A DNA stretch of 64,000 bases, from IMG/VR virus record IMGVR_UViG_3300045988_137242. One strand, given 5' to 3'. Positions within the stretch are counted from its first letter, which is position 1. The number at the start of each line of letters is the position of its first letter. The stretch comes from a virus. A program made the translations under genes and the position numbers. This document shows positions 59,983 through 64,000 of this stretch, piece after piece. Under the pieces are notes generated by a model. That model was given only the letters and a program-made list of their open reading frames with translations, had not been told where the DNA came from and searched no databases.

Positions 59983-59990
59983 CAAATATA
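59983..59990 (-). promoter_or_regulatory. candidate -7 box TATATTTG (leftward)
   Basis: The plus strand reads CAAATATA, 26 nt upstream of the 59957 start. Confidence 0.4.
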
Positions 59991-60083
59991 CGAAATAAAT
60001 TGAATATGAGCAAGTAGGAGACGTGTAAGTTTAAAAAAATAAAATAAAACAGCCTACGAATAACAATGTGGCATAAAAAACGC

Positions 60084-60091
60084 TATATTTG
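60084..60091 (+). promoter_or_regulatory. candidate -7 box TATATTTG (rightward, lysis operon)
   Basis: Matches TAnnTTTG, 55 nt upstream of 60146. Confidence 0.4.
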
Positions 60092-60145
60092 CGGTAAATT
60101 ATAACAACGCAAAAAGGAATCGACTAAAATATAATATATACGCTT

Positions 60146-60694
60146 ATGGAAAAAATGGAAGAAAATCCGCTGTCAGAAGAAGACCGACAACGGATAATAG
60201 ACGGTTTGATGAACAGAAAGATATGGCGGTACTACAAGATGCTTTCGAAATGGGCACCCATGCTGATGATGCTCGGTCACTGGTATGGCGTGTGGGACTA
60301 CGGACGCTATCCGAGGGCTATGATATTGGACACGGAGGTGAACGGCAACTGCATCATCTGGATATACGTATTGGCGTATGTGTACATGCCGTTGGCTATG
60401 ATACCCGTGAGTTACTTTTTCCGTTACTGCTGGATATACAGAATACCATTTTTCTACTTCTTCGGCATCAATGCGATACGGCTTTATTACCGACACTGGC
60501 TGATAACTCCTGAACAGTTGGAGATGCACCATGTGTTTATTATATTCACTTTAATACTATACAATTATGGAATTATCAAAATCGCTCTTACACGTGGCTG
60601 GTTCAGCCTACAGAATGTTGCAAGATGGAGAATGTGGCTTTACAGAAGAGGAAGAAGAGACCGTGAGAAGGAACCTACTGAACTGGATGGATAA
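60146..60694 (+). CDS. W/Y-rich multi-pass membrane protein
   Basis: 182 aa with about four hydrophobic segments. First gene of the rightward lysis-region operon. Confidence 0.5.
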   Translation: MEKMEENPLSEEDRQRIIDGLMNRKIWRYYKMLSKWAPMLMMLGHWYGVWDYGRYPRAMILDTEVNGNCIIWIYVLAYVYMPLAMIPVSYFFRYCWIYRIPFFYFFGINAIRLYYRHWLITPEQLEMHHVFIIFTLILYNYGIIKIALTRGWFSLQNVARWRMWLYRRGRRDREKEPTELDG

Positions 60695-61028
60695 CAGGCA
60701 CCACTATGACGAGAAGACCGGCAGAGCCTGCATAGCCAACATCTACTATTTCAAGGACGATACGCACAAGGAGTATGCACCATATTTCGACCATGAGGAG
60801 ATGATGGAAGAATACGGGAGGCTGCGAGACGAGTTGTTCGGATATACGTACTGGGACTTCGCCGTGACGATGAACGTGATGTTCAGCAACCATCATGAGA
60901 CCTTGAAAAAGGTGTCGAAGAAAGGAGAAGAGCTGCTGAGGATGACAGGCAGAATGGCTGTGAACTTTCTCAACGACGAGGACACGGGACACCCTACGGA
61001 CAAAATATGGTGGTACATGAACGGCTAA
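60687..61028 (+). CDS. hypothetical protein, KIWWYM-tail family
   Basis: 113 aa from the Met that overlaps the upstream stop (ATGGATAA). The C-terminus ...HPTDKIWWYMNG is paralogous to 39550-39909. Confidence 0.45.
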   Translation: MDNRHHYDEKTGRACIANIYYFKDDTHKEYAPYFDHEEMMEEYGRLRDELFGYTYWDFAVTMNVMFSNHHETLKKVSKKGEELLRMTGRMAVNFLNDEDTGHPTDKIWWYMNG

Positions 61029-61102
61029 ATTGGAACACTGCAAAAGGAACGCATGAAGAGATATATCTTTGTTGGCAGAAAGAAAAATAACGACAAAGAT
61101 AT

Positions 61103-61543
61103 ATGACAGAGATAGTACATACACTACTGGAAGAGCACCTATACAGGGCGGCATTGATAATAGCCATCTGTATGGGTGCTATTATTATAGCCATGTTTGC
61201 CGATCTTGTGTCGGGCGTGAAGAAAGCTATAGAGAACGGCGAGGCAACGACATCAACCGGGTTCAAGAAGACGTGTGACAAGGCGAGGAAGTATTTTACG
61301 CCATTCTTGGCTGTGATGTGTGTAGACATTATAGCGTGTATCATAATCCCATTGCCAGTGTTCAGCATGATATGGGCAGGTTATGTGTGCTTCTGCGAGT
61401 TCAAGAGCGTGAGAGAGAAGTCGTGGGAGAAGGCGGAGATAAGGAAACAGGAACGGACGCTGAGCATACTGCTTGAAAACAAGGACGACATAGCGAAAAC
61501 GATAGCGGACCTTATAAAGGAGAACCAAAAGGAGGAGAAATGA
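61103..61543 (+). CDS. holin (phage_holin_4-like)
   Basis: 146 aa. TM1, then FADLVSGVKKAIENGEATTSTGFKKTCDKARKY (D..(T/S)G ... S..G..K pattern), then two more TMs. Directly upstream of the amidase. Confidence 0.65.
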   Translation: MTEIVHTLLEEHLYRAALIIAICMGAIIIAMFADLVSGVKKAIENGEATTSTGFKKTCDKARKYFTPFLAVMCVDIIACIIIPLPVFSMIWAGYVCFCEFKSVREKSWEKAEIRKQERTLSILLENKDDIAKTIADLIKENQKEEK

Positions 61544-61998
61544 TGAGAAAGATAGAGAGGATATTTGTACATTGTACGGCAAGTGCGCAGTCGTGGGGAG
61601 TGAAGGAGCTGTGGGCTGAGTTCAAGCAGAAGGGCTGGAAGAATCCGGGTTATCACTATGTGGTGACGAAGGATGGAGCAGTGCATCAGATGCTTGCCAT
61701 AGAGGAGGTGAGCAATGGAGTGAAGGGCTACAACAGTACGGCGATAAACGTGGCGTATGTGGGTGGCATATACAAGGCGAACAACACGTTCGGCAAGGTG
61801 GTATGGAAGCCTACGGACAACAGGACTGCTGAGCAGAGGATGTCGTTGCGGAAGCTGCTGACGATACTGAAAAAGAAATATCCGGATGCAAAAATAATGG
61901 GACACAGAAGCATCTGGGGAGAGGACACGCCCGACAGATGGCAGAAGAGTTGTCCCTGCTTCAATGCGGTAGAGGAATACAAGAATATAAAAGCATAG
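61540..61998 (+). CDS. N-acetylmuramoyl-L-alanine amidase (T7-lysozyme/PGRP type endolysin)
   Basis: 152 aa. IFVHCTAS, GWKNPGYHYVV, NSTAINVAYVGG and H ... SCPCF align with T7 lysozyme motifs. Confidence 0.9.
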   Translation: MMRKIERIFVHCTASAQSWGVKELWAEFKQKGWKNPGYHYVVTKDGAVHQMLAIEEVSNGVKGYNSTAINVAYVGGIYKANNTFGKVVWKPTDNRTAEQRMSLRKLLTILKKKYPDAKIMGHRSIWGEDTPDRWQKSCPCFNAVEEYKNIKA

Positions 61999-62001
61999 GC
62001 T

Positions 62002-62469
62002 ATGGAAGATTTCGATATGGGCGATATGTTGCGGAAGCTGTTGACTGCATTCTTGGCATTTATCATGGCGGTGGCGATATGTGGCATTATCGGTGCGCTG
62101 GCAGGCTGCAAGAGTGTGGAGTATGTGAAGGTGCCGGAATATCATACGGAGTATAAGACTAAGACCGACTCTTTCGTGAAGAGGGACAGCGTGTACTTCA
62201 AAGATTCGGTATATGTGGTGCAGCGAGGCGACACCTTATATTATAATAAGGTGGTGTATAGAGACAGGTACCGCAACGTGTATAAGGCAAGGACGGACAC
62301 GGTGGTACGGCAGGATTCGATAAGAGTGCCATATCCGGTGGAGCGGACGCTGACTAAGACGGAGCGTTGGCTAATGGGGGTTGGCAAATGGGCTATGGTG
62401 CTGCTGTGTGCGGTGGTGGTTGTTGCGGTGGTCCGTGTGATATGGTGGTATAGGAACAAAAAATGTTGA
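62002..62469 (+). CDS. unimolecular spanin-like protein
   Basis: 155 aa. N-terminal signal with lipobox GALAGC, a beta-rich middle, and a C-terminal TM MVLLCAVVVVAVVRVIWW. Immediately after the endolysin. Confidence 0.5.
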   Translation: MEDFDMGDMLRKLLTAFLAFIMAVAICGIIGALAGCKSVEYVKVPEYHTEYKTKTDSFVKRDSVYFKDSVYVVQRGDTLYYNKVVYRDRYRNVYKARTDTVVRQDSIRVPYPVERTLTKTERWLMGVGKWAMVLLCAVVVVAVVRVIWWYRNKKC

Positions 62470-62473
62470 GGCT

Positions 62474-62794
62474 ATGGGTGTCGTGTCGGATGAATTGAAG
62501 ATGATAGATGCTCTGCTGATGGAGTTTCACGAGCGGATACAGAGTGGCAGGTGCTTGACGAACAGGGAGCAGAACCGGATGATGCTGAGTTTTCTGCACC
62601 AGATAGCCAACAAGGACGAGCCGAAGAGCAAGACACAGGCTTGCGAGTATGTGAGGGTGTCGAGGGCTACGTTTGATAGGCTTGTGGCATGTGGCAAGAT
62701 GCCGAAAGGAAAGAAGATAAAGGGTTTTACGGAATTGGTTTGGTATGAAAAGGATTTGGATAAATATATAGACAGGTTGTTAGTAAATGTTTAA
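62474..62794 (+). CDS. excisionase/MerR-like HTH DNA-binding protein
   Basis: 106 aa. C-terminal ACEYVRVSRATFDRLVACGKMPKGKKIKGFTELVWYEKDLDKYI fits the HTH_17/Xis-like pattern. Confidence 0.5.
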   Translation: MGVVSDELKMIDALLMEFHERIQSGRCLTNREQNRMMLSFLHQIANKDEPKSKTQACEYVRVSRATFDRLVACGKMPKGKKIKGFTELVWYEKDLDKYIDRLLVNV

Positions 62795-62833
62795 ATTTGC
62801 GTTTTTCATTGTTATTTTGGTTTTAAAGTGGAA

Positions 62834-62871
62834 ATCCCCACTCGGCGAAGTGTCGGGTGGGGATGCTTTTT
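62834..62871. terminator. intrinsic terminator
   Basis: Stem ATCCCCAC/GTGGGGAT with an inner helix, followed by GCTTTTTATTT. Between convergent genes. Confidence 0.6.
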
Positions 62872-62890
62872 ATTTCATTCTCTTCATACA

Positions 62891-63247
62891 CTACTTCTTT
62901 TTGCCTAACCATTCCATTATGTGACGATAGGTATCGTCTTTGTATGTTCTTAATGTTACATCAAAATTGCCGTCTTTGAAGTAATCAGATAAATCACCAC
63001 GCCAATAACCATTTATTAGATTTTCCCGAATCGTGCTTGCCGTTTCTTCAATACAACGTTTGATGAGCTTCTGTTGCTTCACATTCTTGTTGTAATGAAA
63101 GAGTGAATACGATGCTCTTTTGAGCCATTTCCACCACTTTGATGTGAACTTCTTTACTTCTATCTTTTCAGGAAGTACCTCTCTTTTTGTGTGCATATCA
63201 ATGAGCTTGTTATACTCTTCTATGCTAATTGTTATTTGTCTTTCCAT
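62891..63247 (-). CDS. hypothetical protein
   Basis: 118 aa from the second Met (MERQITIS...), which sits 1 nt after the stop of the YopX-type frame. Confidence 0.45.
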   Translation of the reverse strand: MERQITISIEEYNKLIDMHTKREVLPEKIEVKKFTSKWWKWLKRASYSLFHYNKNVKQQKLIKRCIEETASTIRENLINGYWRGDLSDYFKDGNFDVTLRTYKDDTYRHIMEWLGKKK

Positions 63248-63248
63248 A

Positions 63249-63617
63249 CTATTTCTCTTTATCGAATTTATTGCCAATAACTTTTAAACGCCTATTATGC
63301 AACATTCTACCCATAGTATTTGTTGGATAGAGAACAGGGACTTCTGTATTTATCAAGCTAAAACTACTAATACCTTGATTCCAAACTACTTCATATGTGC
63401 TGTCTGTCTTCTCGCTTCTGAGCAAATCGTGTTCATAGATAGAAGTTCCGTAACGATCCCTTGCGCCTGTAAACTGGCAGACTGTATAAGGGTCAACGTC
63501 AGTTATACCATCTTTTATATGGTCTCCTCCTATACATACCCTATTTCCAATACGTACTAAGTCACCCTCAAACCATTTTCCTGAATTGAGTTGCTTTGCC
63601 TTGAACTTGATATTTTC
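63249..63617 (-). CDS. YopX-family frame without canonical start codon
   Basis: My own reverse-complement translation gives ENIKFKAKQLNSGKWFEGDLV ... PYTVCQFTGARDRYGTSIYEHDLL ... YEVVWNQG ... LKVIGNKFDKEK*, which shows YopX hallmarks. The frame opens right after a TAA. It has no ATG/GTG/TTG before residue ~104, so it is absent from the ORF track. Confidence 0.5.
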   Translation of the reverse strand, partial: ENIKFKAKQLNSGKWFEGDLVRIGNRVCIGGDHIKDGITDVDPYTVCQFTGARDRYGTSIYEHDLLRSEKTDSTYEVVWNQGISSFSLINTEVPVLYPTNTMGRMLHNRRLKVIGNKFDKEK

Positions 63618-63669
63618 TTAATAGATTCTTCTTTTTAATAATTATATTAATTGCAGTTACTTTACTCAT
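63568..63669 (-). CDS. 33-aa ORF preceded by a perfect AAGGAGG
   Basis: ATG at 63669 with AAGGAGGATAAGCA upstream. Reads MSKVTAINIIIKKKNLLRKYQVQGKATQFRKMV* and overlaps the YopX frame in another phase. Confidence 0.3.
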   Translation of the reverse strand: MSKVTAINIIIKKKNLLRKYQVQGKATQFRKMV

Positions 63670-63797
63670 TGCTTATCCTCCTTTTTTCTGTTTCTTTCTA
63701 TATGTTTTAGTTGTGAAATACTTATATTACCATATCGTTTATACACACCTTTAAGATATACAATATAGCCAGCTAATGTTATTTTATTTGCATCCAT
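63666..63797 (-). CDS. 43-aa ORF, ATGA-coupled to the next
   Basis: MDANKITLAGYIVYLKGVYKRYGNISISQLKHIERNRKKEDKQ*. Its stop overlaps the next ATG. Confidence 0.3.
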   Translation of the reverse strand: MDANKITLAGYIVYLKGVYKRYGNISISQLKHIERNRKKEDKQ

Positions 63798-64000
63798 ATT
63801 CTCTTCTTTTTACCCTCTCCATGATGTTATCAAAATAATAACGGATTGGAGTCCTTATGAGAGCCTTTCACTCATTAATGGTCTTCGATGTGTACTAAAT
63901 GCTTGATGCCTTTTCCACATAAGAGTGCTCTGAGGTGAATTGTCAAGCGGTAATTGATATTTTACGGCTACACCTAATGCCAACCAATCTAATTCGAGCA

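Noticed and set aside
61381-62145. 254-aa minus-strand ORF spanning the holin, amidase and spanin genes.
   Set aside because: The sense-strand genes have clear family motifs and coupled starts. The antisense ORF is H/R/L-rich.
63297-63560. 87-aa plus-strand ORF from the ORF track.
   Set aside because: It is antisense to a frame with clear YopX-family motifs, and it is Cys-rich with an implausible sequence.

Overview
The whole 64-kb window reads as one temperate phage or prophage of a Bacteroidota-type host (Bacteroides/Prevotella-like). The host call rests on a Bacteroidota-style tyrosine integrase, a CI-type repressor ending in the NWLFTGEG motif, and repeated TAnnTTTG -7 promoter boxes in front of operons. 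All family calls below come from motif recognition by eye, with no database search. No host flank is visible on either side.

Layout:
- 31-6135 (-): recombination/early genes: RecT, Rad50/SbcC-like ATPase, KilA-N, dUTPase, Rha/KilAC, NinG.
- 6136-10207: lysogeny region with a tmRNA-like RNA gene, a divergent regulator pair, about 900 bp of repeat-rich attP-like DNA, and the integrase.
- 10206-16753 (-): densely packed small early genes, including PcfJ/PcfK-like proteins and an orphan MutS domain I. The block is interrupted by a conspicuous ORF-free, hairpin-rich gap of about 490 nt.
- 16782-18537: operator array, XRE regulator, and a 700-bp repeat-laden non-coding region.
- 18538-36997 (+): three small low-complexity proteins followed by a single 5196-aa ORF. 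This ORF combines glycine-rich hydrophobic segments, two HExxH modules, an SNF2-type helicase and an N6-adenine methyltransferase. It is a polyvalent, DarB-like, probably virion-delivered protein.
- 37055-40675: accessory island of membrane proteins and Cys-rich lipoproteins.
- 40720-49636 (-): tail-fibre paralogs, connector-sized proteins, capsid and scaffold.
- 49794-59100 (+): portal, head accessory proteins, small and large terminase, and a 918-aa virion protein.
- 59087-64000: rhomboid-like protease, lysis cassette (holin, amidase, u-spanin-like protein), an HTH protein, and small minus-strand genes including a YopX-type frame with no canonical start.

No CRISPR array, rRNA, canonical tRNA, transposase or reverse transcriptase was seen.

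The most notable items are the giant polyvalent protein operon, the tmRNA-like gene, the candidate structured RNA at 15.2-15.7 kb, the orphan MutS domain I, the phage rhomboid, and the phased repeat arrays at 17.9-18.5 kb.
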